Positions 1 to 10,911 of a DNA stretch of 64,000 nt are shown here, piece by piece (position 1 is the first letter of the stretch; each line of letters opens with the position of its first letter). Under the pieces are notes generated by a model that saw only the letters and a program-made list of their open reading frames with translations, did no database searches and was not told the origin of the DNA. The stretch covers positions 768,001 to 832,000 of the forward strand of contig CBDANF010000002.1 in NCBI GenBank assembly GCA_965197475.1. Reading direction: 5' to 3'. Origin of the DNA: Candidatus Poribacteria bacterium (GTDB taxonomy: Bacteria; Poribacteria; WGA-4E; WGA-3G). The position numbers and the translations under genes are program-made.

Positions 1-281
1 CCAATTTTGTTACGGAACTTGGTATAGGAGTCGGCAAAGAAGTTTTTGTCGGTGATATAGTCAACGAAGGCGTTGTTGTCAAAAATCCAACGCCCATCAA
101 TTTCTTTGAAGAATTTCGATTCAACTTCTTTGTCGGTAAGTAGTAATCTAATAAGGTCGTGGTCAAGTTTCCATGCGCGTTCTCTGACGTTTCCGCGGTG
201 GAGTTCTCCTGCTTCATCAAGAAAGTCGAGGTTGGATTCAAGTAGTTTAGTTAGTTTTTTGTCAAAATTTTCTTTGGACAT
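1..281 (-). CDS. Type III restriction-modification methyltransferase (Mod) N-terminus, partial; runs off the window edge
   Basis: Not in the ORF track. Manual translation from ATG 281 (AAAGGA upstream) gives MSKENFDKKLTKLLESNLDFLDEAGELHRGNVRERAWKLDHDLIRLLL...FFADSYTKFRNKI. The 'DSYTKF.NKI' segment is typical of type III Mod N-termini. The catalytic motifs lie outside the window. Confidence 0.65.
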   Translation of the reverse strand, partial: MSKENFDKKLTKLLESNLDFLDEAGELHRGNVRERAWKLDHDLIRLLLTDKEVESKFFKEIDGRWIFDNNAFVDYITDKNFFADSYTKFRNKI

Positions 282-395
282 AGGGTCGTGTCCTTTCTGT
301 GCAAATGTGTAAGATGGTTGTGATTACCGTTGGTTTTGCATGACATCTGAAATTATTACGTAATCTTACCTAATTTGAAATGGACTAACTGTACA

Positions 396-785
396 TTATA
401 GAAAGGGGTTGTGTGCAACTTCCCAATAAAATCCATCTGGGTCTTTGAAGTACCCGGAATAACCGCCCCAAAAAACCTTCTGCCCCGGTTTTACAAGTTC
501 TGCACCTGCTTCAACCGCTTCTTCAAGAGTACGGTCTACTTCCTCTGGAGAATCGACGTTGTGTGCAAGTGTAAACCTTTGAAAACCTGTTCCTTCAGGT
601 GAGGTCGTAATATCTTCAGCAAGTTTGTCCCTTGGATAGAGTCCAAGTATTATACCTTCCATCTTAAAAAATGCGATACTATCTGAGTCATCCATTCGTG
701 GAAAACCTAACCCGTTTTGGTAGAAATCGATGGCGCGTTGTAAGTCTTCAACTCCAAGTGTAACGATAGTAATATGTGGTTTCAT
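396..785 (-). CDS. VOC/glyoxalase family protein
   Basis: TLGVEDL..AIDFY..LG and WGGYSGYFKDPDG..WEVA motifs. Confidence 0.9.
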   Translation of the reverse strand: MKPHITIVTLGVEDLQRAIDFYQNGLGFPRMDDSDSIAFFKMEGIILGLYPRDKLAEDITTSPEGTGFQRFTLAHNVDSPEEVDRTLEEAVEAGAELVKPGQKVFWGGYSGYFKDPDGFYWEVAHNPFL

Positions 786-860
786 TTGATTCCTTTACGT
801 AGCTGAAACGTGTTCATAATTGTTTTGCACAGCACCACAAAGATGCACTTTTGCGCCGCT

Positions 861-2030
861 TTATTCTAATGTAGCACCTTCTGGGCGTGGTGCTGTTGGT
901 CGGATAAGAGTATTCTGATAGGAACGATAGGCAAGTTCCGACAAATGTGGCGTTTCAAGTCGGATATTTCCTTGTGCACGCGAGTGCATGATAGCATCAA
1001 GAATACCTGTTGTTAGCAAGGTGCGTTCCACAGGATATTGCGGCACACCTGTTACGAACATTTCCTCAATGTTAAGACTCAAATAGCTGAAATGGGCATG
1101 CGGTGGTCCGTTTTGTAGGTAAAATTCGGTTGCTAAAATATCGTCCTTGTGTTTCCCGGCATAAGCGAAGTCGGTGACGTAGCCGCTCAACATCAGTACG
1201 GCGGAACGAAATCCATCCCGATGCTCTATCAGAAACACCGTAGGATTTGGACATCCTTCACGAATCGTTTTGTCGGGACGTTTTTTGATCTGCGCGCACG
1301 CTGTTTCCGCTAATTCCAGTGACCATTCCCCGGATTTAGCTGCTTCCCAGACAGCTTCACCTTCAAGGCATTGAACAGCAACAACACCAGATTCGCCGCC
1401 TTCTCGACGTTCAATCATACATTGCAACGTCTCAAGCGCGTGGAAGCCGTACGACTCAACTCCGCCGTAACCTATCCCAATAGCCGATTCCGACGCGGTG
1501 TCAATTGGGTGTTCCAAAAAGGGTTGCCGCCAACAGACAGGCAACGAAGAACCTGCCATGAACGGCACTTTGAGTTCGTTTGCTCGCTCGTACATCCAAT
1601 CTGCGTCATCCCAATTGTAGGAAAGGTGTTTGTCGCAAAAGACAGGGACAGATCGACAACTTGATGTGAACACACCGCAAATTTGTTCAAACATATAACG
1701 GCGTGGATACATGTGTTGCCCAAATTCATTGTACGGGTAGTCGCCATGTTCCCCTATGAGTAGCACACCGTCAACAGCGAGTTCGTTTCCACCGAGTGTC
1801 AACGCTTGCCGAATGCTCGGATATATCGGGACGTTGTGTTGATCAGCCAAGCCGACCCCGATATCTCGTGAATCTATCTGATCCAGATAGATGGATGCCA
1901 ATTCCACACGCGGCGCGCGATGTTCCTCATCCGTTGGAAATCCCCTCATGTACTTTGTGACAATCACATCTGCATGTGAGTGGGGAAAATAGGTAGTAAT
2001 GATTGCTGCTATCTTCTTACGGTGTTGCAT
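861..2030 (-). CDS. Conserved hypothetical protein, possibly Gfo/Idh/MocA-like Rossmann fold
   Basis: 389-aa ORF with VDGVLLIGEHG, PVFCDKHL and YGFHALE motifs; lies directly downstream of argB. Confidence 0.6.
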   Translation of the reverse strand: MQHRKKIAAIITTYFPHSHADVIVTKYMRGFPTDEEHRAPRVELASIYLDQIDSRDIGVGLADQHNVPIYPSIRQALTLGGNELAVDGVLLIGEHGDYPYNEFGQHMYPRRYMFEQICGVFTSSCRSVPVFCDKHLSYNWDDADWMYERANELKVPFMAGSSLPVCWRQPFLEHPIDTASESAIGIGYGGVESYGFHALETLQCMIERREGGESGVVAVQCLEGEAVWEAAKSGEWSLELAETACAQIKKRPDKTIREGCPNPTVFLIEHRDGFRSAVLMLSGYVTDFAYAGKHKDDILATEFYLQNGPPHAHFSYLSLNIEEMFVTGVPQYPVERTLLTTGILDAIMHSRAQGNIRLETPHLSELAYRSYQNTLIRPTAPRPEGATLE

Positions 2031-2046
2031 GTGAATGCCGAATCAA

Positions 2047-2952
2047 TTATCGGATAATTTCTGTACCGATACCGCCTGCTGTGAGGACTTCCAATAGAAG
2101 GGAATGTGGGGTTCTTCCATCAATAACATGTGTTTTGGCAACGCCGCCGAGAAGTGCTTTTTCGCATGCTTCAATTTTAGGTATCATTCCACCTTTAATC
2201 ACACCGTCGTCAATAAGTGCTTTTATATCGCGCATCTGAATAGTTGAGATGAGTGTAGAGATGTCTTCTGCGTCTTGGCAGATTCCGCGCGTATTGGTCA
2301 AAAGGATCAGTTTTTCAGCTTGGAGTGCAGAAGCGATTTCGCCTGCCATTGTATCCGCATTGATGTTATAGGTTTGTCCATCAACTCCGCTTCCGATAGA
2401 CGCGATTACAGGGATATATCCTGCTTCATCAAGTGTAATAATAGGCTGCGTGTTTACGCCGATAATACTGCCGACATATCCGAAGTCTATTGTGGTTTCA
2501 TTGCCATCGTCATCCGTAATTTGGGGAGTGTATTTTTCTGCCACAATTAGATTGGCATCTTTGCCACAAAGCCCTATCGCCTGACCGCCATGTTGGTTGA
2601 TACGTGCTACAATACCTTTGTTGATGGTCCCTGTGAGCACCATTTCAGCAATTTCGAGAGTTTCGCTATCGGTTACGCGCAACCCTTGCACAAATTCTGT
2701 CTCTTTGCCTACCTTGTCCATCCATGCGCTGATTTTTGGTCCCCCGCCATGTATAACAATCGGGCGCATCCCTACATATTTCATCAAAACGATGTCTTCC
2801 ATAACGGAGTGGATGAGGGATTCCTCCTCCATTGCGGCACCACCATATTTAATCACAATGCAGCGATTATAAAAGCGGCGGATATAAGGTAAAGCTTCAA
2901 TAAGAACGTCAGCAGTTTGATTTTCGATTAGAACATCGGCAGTTTGATTCAT
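2047..2952 (-). CDS. argB: Acetylglutamate kinase
   Basis: VIKYGGAAM, VIHGGGP, GLRVTD, NINAD and GGMIPK motifs. Confidence 0.97.
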   Translation of the reverse strand: MNQTADVLIENQTADVLIEALPYIRRFYNRCIVIKYGGAAMEEESLIHSVMEDIVLMKYVGMRPIVIHGGGPKISAWMDKVGKETEFVQGLRVTDSETLEIAEMVLTGTINKGIVARINQHGGQAIGLCGKDANLIVAEKYTPQITDDDGNETTIDFGYVGSIIGVNTQPIITLDEAGYIPVIASIGSGVDGQTYNINADTMAGEIASALQAEKLILLTNTRGICQDAEDISTLISTIQMRDIKALIDDGVIKGGMIPKIEACEKALLGGVAKTHVIDGRTPHSLLLEVLTAGGIGTEIIR

Positions 2953-3065
2953 GTAATTCTTTAGTATCCTCTTGGTAATGTATATTGTTGAGTATTATAC
3001 GAAATAATGCTTGACGTAGCAAGTGAAATGTTGCACAATTCGGGATATTTTGTTTTTAATCTATA

Positions 3066-4421
3066 CTGATATTTATCAAAATTCTTCATATGTCAATGTT
3101 TATCAATGTTTTCTTGGTATTTGTTCATGAAAATGCTCGCTGAGATCAGACAGCATCTGCCTCTGTCCTGAAAGTTCAAGTTGTCCTTGATGAAAGGTTT
3201 TTCGCACGGAGCGACTGACCTGCTGTATCAAAAGGTAGCTCATCACTTTCACACCTAAGTTCGCATACGCGCCATTCCGTCCTTTTAGGCTCATGGATGC
3301 GAGGTTTAGGTCTGTTTTTAGATACCGCCAATACTGTTCTATACCGTGGTGTTGAGACCATATCCGTAGGATTTCACACGCACGCAGCGGTTTCCCAAAT
3401 ACGAGCATTGTTCGGACTTTGCCACGGTCTGCAAAGAACAACACCACTACTTTTCCAAAAGTTGGACTTGTGGCTTTAGTCCGATAGACCGGTTTATCGC
3501 ACCCCCATTGATTGGAGAGGAGTTGGATCGACTTTTTATGTTCCGAGAGTTTCGCCCTTTTTTCATCAATCGTCATCACATAGTTGCTTTTTCCGTGCAC
3601 AAGGATCGTTTCAAATCCCATTTCTCGCAAGGTGTCAATCAAGTGGCGGCTACCATACCACGAATCAAAGGTGACCGGATAGTTTCGGATATCTATTCCG
3701 GTCCCTTCAAAGAAAGACAAGATTTCCTTGAACATAGTGATGACACAGGAGGGTTTATCCGTATTCCCGCGGCCTTGTTTGCTGATCAGTCGCATATTCA
3801 GGGGAATGATCCGTTTTCCAATCTTTAGGACGATCCCCAATATATTTTGCCCCTTCATCGGCTGTTTTGCTTGAGAAGACCACCAATTGGATGTGTAGGC
3901 GAGACCCTCTCCATAGCGGAAAACAAAGGTATCATCCACACTGATGACGATACACAGACGCGATAGAGAAGCAGCACTTTTTGATACTGCCTCCTGTAGC
4001 ACCTCTAACGCAATAGAACACCCGATACGCACAAAAAGATGCTGCCAGAGATAAAGACTCATCGTGTTCAATTCCCGATATAGCCTCGTTTTCGGAATAG
4101 ACAACGCATCCGCCACTTGATCCGGGTTAGTGAGCCCAAACAGATGGCAGGTTGACAAAAACACTAAGGTATGAACAAAATGCTGTTTCAAGGTCCGAAA
4201 CTGTGAAGATAGAAGTTCTTGAAAAAAAGTGGTAGATTTGATAAGCTGAGTTAGCATGAGATATCCTCCTAATGTTTGTTTATATTCAAATCTGTAATTA
4301 GGATGCTATCTCATGCTATAAAAGTCAAGGAAAATGGACACAGCAAAAACGCATTTTCATGGTGCTATACCTTGTTTCTATTGATTATTATTAGGTTCAA
4401 GACCATTCTGAGAAATATCAG
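3066..4421 (-). mobile_element. Insertion sequence (IS4/IS701-like DDE) with 17-bp imperfect TIRs
   Basis: CTGATATTTATCAAAAT (3066-3082) and ATTCTGAGAAATATCAG (4405-4421) are inverted repeats matching at 15/17; no clear TSD. Confidence 0.65.
3103..4257 (-). CDS. DDE transposase (IS701/IS4-like)
   Basis: ISVDDT, VTFDSWY and HHGIEQYWRYLK (D, D, E with a YREK-like signature). Confidence 0.85.
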   Translation of the reverse strand: MLTQLIKSTTFFQELLSSQFRTLKQHFVHTLVFLSTCHLFGLTNPDQVADALSIPKTRLYRELNTMSLYLWQHLFVRIGCSIALEVLQEAVSKSAASLSRLCIVISVDDTFVFRYGEGLAYTSNWWSSQAKQPMKGQNILGIVLKIGKRIIPLNMRLISKQGRGNTDKPSCVITMFKEILSFFEGTGIDIRNYPVTFDSWYGSRHLIDTLREMGFETILVHGKSNYVMTIDEKRAKLSEHKKSIQLLSNQWGCDKPVYRTKATSPTFGKVVVLFFADRGKVRTMLVFGKPLRACEILRIWSQHHGIEQYWRYLKTDLNLASMSLKGRNGAYANLGVKVMSYLLIQQVSRSVRKTFHQGQLELSGQRQMLSDLSEHFHEQIPRKH

Positions 4422-4432
4422 CCCTTATAACA

Positions 4433-4466
4433 AAACAAGGGCGGAGTTTCAACTCCGCCCTTGTTT
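4433..4466 (-). terminator. Intrinsic terminator-like hairpin downstream of the FadL-like gene
   Basis: Perfect inverted repeat AAACAAGGGCGGAGTT-tc-AACTCCGCCCTTGTTT. Confidence 0.75.
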
Positions 4467-4487
4467 GCTTAAACTGTAAAACTCAAA

Positions 4488-5768
4488 TTAAAACCGATAT
4501 GCTCCTGATACGAAAACTCGATGTGTATTCCGCTTCGTTGTTAGATCGTTACTATGCTGCTGCCAATTGCCCCACATATACGCAAGATCAAATTTCACGG
4601 AATCCTCAAAAATCTTTCCTACACCGAACGTCAAAAAATCACGCTCATTCTCAATCTCGGTTTCTGTAAACGGAATTGTATCGCGGAAATACCCCAGACG
4701 TAGATATGAATTAATCACTGGTATCCGAAATTCAGCACCTAACCTCGTCTGTAAAGTTGTAGTATAGAGTTCCTCAAAGTTATTCTTTGAAATGTCATCT
4801 GCGGGTGCCGGATTATAACGTGTCTGCCGCCAATCCGTAAACTGAATATCACCTGCCAAGACCAACTGTTTATTCAACAGTTTAACGGCAATTCCTGTTC
4901 CGATCTCAAAAGGTCTCTCAATATGAAATGACTGTGCTTCACTCTCTGGATCGGACACTTCTTCTCCATCATCGTACAATATCTCAGTATACTCACGCCA
5001 CCACTCTTCAACTGCTAATTCTGTTGGGGCTACCAATGTTACCCCAAGACTGATCTCATCTGTAAAGTTTGCCAAAACCCCGAGTCTACCACCTACACCT
5101 GAATAGTCCCGGTCAATTTCGTCGTCAAATTTGAAACGTGATAAATCGCCATCTACATTCAACGCATCAGTAGCCGTCACATCCAATTCTTTAAGACTGT
5201 TACCACTCCAGAAATCCACTGAACCGCCAATCAGGAAGTTCTTAGAAATATACACACTTCCGCCAAAACTCCAAATCCCAATGCCACCTGAATTTATGTT
5301 GGTTTCATCAACAAGAAATCCACTGAAAACGTTGCCGGAACTCGGGTCAATTCCTTGAATTGCAGTCTGATAATCAAAGTTTTGCGGACGGTTATAACCG
5401 AATGCTACCGCAAATCCACCCTGTCGGGTGTAGAACGGATAAACAAAACCTATTGAATTCGGACGTAACCGAGAACGACTCGTACCGATTACCTCATCGT
5501 TACTGAAAAAACTATCCGTGTTTGCAATATTATGCGAAAAACTCGTGAAGAATTCAAACTTCTGTATCTGCGCCATTCCAGCAGGATTCCAATATAACGC
5601 GGTGAAATCATCAGCGAGCCCAAGAGAAGCACCGCCCATACCCATCGCCCGCGCACCTACACCAAACGTGTTACCGATAATTATCTCCTCATTTTGTGCG
5701 ACACACACAACTGCCACCAAACCTGTGACAAGTAGACAGACAAATACGCCAAAAATTGTTCGTTTCAC
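4488..5768 (-). CDS. OmpP1/FadL-type outer-membrane beta-barrel transporter
   Basis: GARAMGMGGA..ADD..ALYWNPAG motif, signal peptide, C-terminal YRF. Probable GTG start at 5768 behind AGGAG (ORF track starts at 5819). Confidence 0.85.
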   Translation of the reverse strand: MKRTIFGVFVCLLVTGLVAVVCVAQNEEIIIGNTFGVGARAMGMGGASLGLADDFTALYWNPAGMAQIQKFEFFTSFSHNIANTDSFFSNDEVIGTSRSRLRPNSIGFVYPFYTRQGGFAVAFGYNRPQNFDYQTAIQGIDPSSGNVFSGFLVDETNINSGGIGIWSFGGSVYISKNFLIGGSVDFWSGNSLKELDVTATDALNVDGDLSRFKFDDEIDRDYSGVGGRLGVLANFTDEISLGVTLVAPTELAVEEWWREYTEILYDDGEEVSDPESEAQSFHIERPFEIGTGIAVKLLNKQLVLAGDIQFTDWRQTRYNPAPADDISKNNFEELYTTTLQTRLGAEFRIPVINSYLRLGYFRDTIPFTETEIENERDFLTFGVGKIFEDSVKFDLAYMWGNWQQHSNDLTTKRNTHRVFVSGAYRF

Positions 5769-5821
5769 TTGTTTTCTCCTTTTTTCTCCGTATTCACTTG
5801 CTTTTAAATACCACAACAAAA

Positions 5822-6403
5822 CTAATTTTCATTTCTGTTCCTCGGCCTACGTTGAGGACGGTCAGATTGAGGGTTAAACGAAGTCACACTACGTGAATAT
5901 CGTGACCGACGGTGCTCCGATTGATGTCTTTTCGATACAGCACCTCTCCCATAGGTTCTGCGGGAAGCAGGATAAAATGTTCTGCCGTGATATCTTCCAT
6001 AGTAACCACTGTACGGATAGTAACTTCTATAATAACCGTAATAAGGCACGTGATACCCATACCCATAATGCCAAGGATATGACCAAGAATATGGATAATA
6101 ATGCACAGGTGGATAATACGCATACGGATAGGATGCATAAGGCACCCAATAGGAATCACCCGCGTAGGGGTAGGAAGAACCGTAGCCCGGCTTCCGGCGA
6201 CCGTAATAACCTTCAGACTCATCAGGATCAGTTTCCCCATTAGAATCGGAAACATGTTCCATCTCTTTATCGGTTTTTTCTACATGTTTGTGTTGCTTCT
6301 CTTTGAGATATGCGGGGTCGTAATAACCGAGTTTTGTATAACACCCAACAAGCGTCATCGTTGCAAAGAGAAACAGCAATATAAAAACGGCTTTCTGGTT
6401 CAT
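5822..6403 (-). CDS. Lipoprotein with Tyr/Gly/Pro-rich low-complexity core and Arg-rich tail
   Basis: Lipobox LVGC, AGGAG RBS, Y-rich middle region. Confidence 0.75.
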   Translation of the reverse strand: MNQKAVFILLFLFATMTLVGCYTKLGYYDPAYLKEKQHKHVEKTDKEMEHVSDSNGETDPDESEGYYGRRKPGYGSSYPYAGDSYWVPYASYPYAYYPPVHYYPYSWSYPWHYGYGYHVPYYGYYRSYYPYSGYYGRYHGRTFYPASRRTYGRGAVSKRHQSEHRRSRYSRSVTSFNPQSDRPQRRPRNRNEN

Positions 6404-6652
6404 CTCTCTATCTCCTTTAGATTCAACCGAAACTCTTGATTATTATAACATATCCTTTTTACCCTGTCCATACAATTCTCTATATGTCTGATGTGCGTTT
6501 TCTCTTGTGGGAGGGCTTTCTCTAAGTCCGCTTTATATGGATAGTAGACGTACAGAATTCCGATTCCTGCATTCAAAACCGAAAACTGAATGCCTCTGAT
6601 GACTCTGACTTTCCACTTGCCACTGTCTCGTGTGCATGCTAAACTGGGAAAC

Positions 6653-7561
6653 ATGAGAGTCTTTATCCAAATCGGGCAGGGCATCATCGGTGCCGCCGTA
6701 ATATCTTTTTTCTGCATCTGGCGTGCGGGGAGTTTCGGGGAAGCCAGACACGCTATTAGCATCATCGGCGCAATCGCTATCCTCATTGCAAGCCTCTATC
6801 TCCTCCGAAGCCGATGGATACGTTGGGGCAATCGGCAGATATGGCTAAAATACCATCAAAGATTTGCGTCTTTAGGTTTGTGTCTTGTGCTATTCCACTC
6901 CGCATTCCAACCGATGGCATGGCATTCATGGTTAACTTTTCTACTTGCCTTATCAAATTTAGGCACAGGGATTGCCGTTAGCCTTACTGCACGGAAGTTG
7001 CGTCAGACGCTGCTCAGGTGCCATCTCATCCTCGCGCCAATCCTGTTGATTAGCATTGTCTTTCACGGACAAGCCAAACTTGACCACGATGATTTTTTTC
7101 CGCTTACCGATGTTCATGATGTTCCTTGCGCGAAATGCCACACATCTGAACCGTTCCTTTTCCATCTCAATGCAACAACATTACAACAAGAATTGGATAC
7201 GTCTGAAACGATTCCTGAAGATATCCATTGGTGGTTCTCACAACACGCAATCAAGATAGCCCAAACTGCCAAAATATTAATCAAGGAAGTTGGCAACGTT
7301 TGGACAATTGATGACAAAGAAAACCACCGCAGCTATCACGTTAAGAAAACGACAGACCGACTTGCACTCCATGCGGATACGCCATACCGTAGTTACACAT
7401 GCATCACCTGCCACGAACATAACACACCAGAAATCATTTCAGCACATGAATTGCACGGTGTTAGCGATTTTCACAGATGCCTCGTCTGCCATCAAACCGA
7501 AATAAACGGTACTCGTTACGGTAGACAACGCTTAAATTGGGACTACGATCCTAATTGGTAA
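6653..7561 (+). CDS. Membrane protein with His-containing TM domain fused to a tri-haem cytochrome c domain
   Basis: About 5 TM helices containing His residues; three CxxCH motifs (CAKCH, CITCH, CLVCH). Probable start ATG 6653. Confidence 0.75.
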   Translation: MRVFIQIGQGIIGAAVISFFCIWRAGSFGEARHAISIIGAIAILIASLYLLRSRWIRWGNRQIWLKYHQRFASLGLCLVLFHSAFQPMAWHSWLTFLLALSNLGTGIAVSLTARKLRQTLLRCHLILAPILLISIVFHGQAKLDHDDFFPLTDVHDVPCAKCHTSEPFLFHLNATTLQQELDTSETIPEDIHWWFSQHAIKIAQTAKILIKEVGNVWTIDDKENHRSYHVKKTTDRLALHADTPYRSYTCITCHEHNTPEIISAHELHGVSDFHRCLVCHQTEINGTRYGRQRLNWDYDPNW

Positions 7562-7579
7562 TTGACTCTCGACAAAAAA

Positions 7580-7614
7580 TGGCTTGAACTCAGTAAAATA
7601 CTGAATCCAAGCCA
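7580..7614. terminator. Hairpin between convergent genes; paralogous hairpin at 8591-8621
   Basis: TGGCTTGAACTCAGTA-aaa-TACTGAATCCAAGCCA imperfect inverted repeat. Confidence 0.6.
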
Positions 7615-7639
7615 ACAACATTACCAATTATTATACTTA

Positions 7640-8422
7640 TTAGTGTGATTTGATACTGCCCCAGGTTGTGGCAAGCTTGTCTGTCGGTTCCACAGCCAGA
7701 AATCCACCATCCATAACCTGCTTAATTTCATCTGCAGACAAAGCGCGACCAAAAATATAAAACTCATCCAGAAGTCCCGTGAACCAGCGTGTATTGTTAT
7801 GTTGACCGATTCCTGCCTTAACGCCCCAGTTGTCTGAGAGTTTTCCGGCACCCTTAACTGAGTGAGTTTCCTCGCCATTCAGATAAGTTTTCGCATCACT
7901 GCTCTCGCTATCATAAGTTCCAGCAAAATGAACCCATTCATTTGCTTCAAGAACGGGCCCCGGTCTGATACTGAAAATTTGTGTATTTGTTCCATCACGA
8001 TGAAACCATCTGACACCTTCAGTTTCAATTTCGACGTGGTAAAGTCCGCTCCCATGATCGGTACCGACGGCATCAAACACCGACTGATCATTAACTGAAC
8101 CGGTGTGGTTCACCCAAAACGCAAGTGTGATACCATCAACCGGTGCGTTCTTGAATTCCGGACCGTTCATATCAACCCATACATTGGTTTCTAAAGAAAT
8201 GGCTTTGTCAATAACACCGTCTTCCCATTTAGCATTCCCAACAACCGTTGCGTCATTACCATTGACTGAGCCATCTTCAACGGTTTCACCATCTCCGTCA
8301 AAACTATAGTAAACAGATAACGTTGGGTCCTTAAGATTTGCCTGGACCGAGAGCACACACGCTCCCATTACCACCAAAACAGCAAAATAGACGTGAAACC
8401 ATTTGATCATATCAATACGCAT
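7640..8422 (-). CDS. Secreted LamG/concanavalin-A-like jelly-roll protein
   Basis: Signal peptide, YYSFD, WVHFAGTYD, GLLDEFYIFGRALS, C-terminal AVEPTDKLATTWGSIK. Confidence 0.9.
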   Translation of the reverse strand: MRIDMIKWFHVYFAVLVVMGACVLSVQANLKDPTLSVYYSFDGDGETVEDGSVNGNDATVVGNAKWEDGVIDKAISLETNVWVDMNGPEFKNAPVDGITLAFWVNHTGSVNDQSVFDAVGTDHGSGLYHVEIETEGVRWFHRDGTNTQIFSIRPGPVLEANEWVHFAGTYDSESSDAKTYLNGEETHSVKGAGKLSDNWGVKAGIGQHNNTRWFTGLLDEFYIFGRALSADEIKQVMDGGFLAVEPTDKLATTWGSIKSH

Positions 8423-8441
8423 TTTTGTCCTCCTATATGTT

Positions 8442-8563
8442 CAAGACTTACGCATTCCCCCTTGATAAGGGGGGTTAGGGGGGTTAAATAAGCAGAACTT
8501 TGGTCCTTTAACCCCCTAAATCCCCCTTATCAGGGGACTTTAAGAGGAAATGCGTCCGTCCTG
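8442..8563. mobile_element. 122-bp MITE with CAGGACTTACGCA-type TIR and 5-bp TSD
   Basis: Ends CAAGACTTACGCA and TGCGTCCGTCCTG; ATGTT duplicated at 8437-8441 and 8564-8568; interior has CCCCCTT.ATAAGGGGG palindromes. Confidence 0.75.
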
Positions 8564-8642
8564 ATGTTAAATCCAAATAATCGGGAAACAGCTTGAATCC
8601 AGCAAAACACTGAATTCAAGCCAAAAACAGTAGATATTATGT

Positions 8643-9428
8643 CTACCGATGCGACTTAATGCTGGCCCACGTTGTAGCGAGTTTGCCTTCCGGTTCCACT
8701 GCCAAAAGTGCACCGTTCATTACATCCATAACTTCATCTGCCGACAAAGCACGACCAAATATATAAAACTCATCTAATAGTCCTTCAAACCAGCGTCCAT
8801 TCTTATGGTGACCGATTCCCGCAGAAACACCCCAGTTGTTTGAGAGTTTTCCGGTGCCAGCAGCTGAATGGGTCTCTTCACCATCAATGTAGGTTTTTGC
8901 ATCTCCGCTTTCACTATCGTAAGTCCCTGAAAAATGAACCCATTTATTTCCTTCAATAACCGGACCTGGGTTGATATTGAAAACAGTTGTATTTGTCCCA
9001 TCTCTATGGAAGAATCTAAATCCAGCGGGTCGAATTTCAAAGTGGAAAAGACCATTCTCGTGGTCAGTGCCTATCGCATCAAGCAGCGTCTGCGGACTAC
9101 CGGAACCAGTATGATTGATCCAAACAGCAAGTGTGAACCCATCAACCGGCCCATTCTTAAATTCCGGTCCATTCATATCGATCCACGTGTCGGTTTCCAA
9201 GGCAATAGCTTGATCGTAAACCCCTTCTTCTCGATTAATATCCCCTACAATTTTACCGTGGTTACCGTAAATTGAACCATCCTTTACATTTTCACCATCT
9301 CCGTCAAAACTATAGTAAACAGAGAGTGTCGGATCACTCAGATCAGCATTAGCAGAGATCACGCCTGCTCCGATGATTACCAAAACAACGAAACATACGT
9401 GAAAAAAATTCAATAAATCAAAACGCAT
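8643..9428 (-). CDS. Secreted LamG-like protein; tandem paralog of 7640-8422
   Basis: Clearly alignable to its neighbour throughout; start MRFDLL at 9428 behind AGGAG; C-terminal AVEPEGKLATTWASIK. Confidence 0.9.
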   Translation of the reverse strand: MRFDLLNFFHVCFVVLVIIGAGVISANADLSDPTLSVYYSFDGDGENVKDGSIYGNHGKIVGDINREEGVYDQAIALETDTWIDMNGPEFKNGPVDGFTLAVWINHTGSGSPQTLLDAIGTDHENGLFHFEIRPAGFRFFHRDGTNTTVFNINPGPVIEGNKWVHFSGTYDSESGDAKTYIDGEETHSAAGTGKLSNNWGVSAGIGHHKNGRWFEGLLDEFYIFGRALSADEVMDVMNGALLAVEPEGKLATTWASIKSHR

Positions 9429-9589
9429 TTTTTTTCTCCTATATTGAAAAATAGTGATTATAGAGATACATGGGTCCTCAACACGCTTGAAAGCGAACAG
9501 AACCATAAATCTCTATTGCTTTTATCAGTATCTCATAGTAGCTGAACACATGTTTGCTTCCTGAGATAAATTTCAGATTGTAACACATA

Positions 9590-10356
<767 letters not shown>

Positions 10357-10599
10357 ACATAATATCAAATATGACTTTTTTTGTCAAGATAAAATTTGCC
10401 ATTTAGTTTCCGAAAATTTAGATTTTAGACTCTCCGCTGCGAATCAACGCCAAATGCGCTTGGCAGGTAGCGACATCGTGATCCATGCAAATCCGTGATT
10501 TAGAAAACCAAGGAAGAGGCGCGTGAATTGCACGATTACAAGCGTTGTTGGGTTTCGCAAGCTCTACCCAACCTACGAACTAAAGGTGAATGGTCGGGC

Positions 10600-10902
10600 T
10601 TAGAAGGTTCCCCTCCTACAAGAGCTGTTAACTTTATCCTCCATCGTCTGAGGTCTGTCAATCCGTGTACCAAACTTGAGTGTTGTTGTAATCCGGGGTG
10701 CACCCATCTCATGCACAACCTCATGACACCGTCTAATCGCAGCGAATACAATATCCCATTCACCTTCAACATTGGTGCCGTAAGCGTGAAGTTTCGTCTT
10801 TAACCCAGCTTCTTTCAAGACATTTTCACAAGCGGTGACGTATTTTGAGACCGATACACCGACACCCATTGGAACAACACACAGATCAGTAATGACGTTC
10901 AT
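10600..10902 (-). CDS. MTH1187/YkoF-like thiamine-binding protein family
   Basis: VVPMGVGVSVSKYV..., LHAYGTNVEGEWD, GAPRI.TTLK.GTRID. Confidence 0.88.
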   Translation of the reverse strand: MNVITDLCVVPMGVGVSVSKYVTACENVLKEAGLKTKLHAYGTNVEGEWDIVFAAIRRCHEVVHEMGAPRITTTLKFGTRIDRPQTMEDKVNSSCRRGTF

Positions 10903-10911
10903 TCGTCCTCC

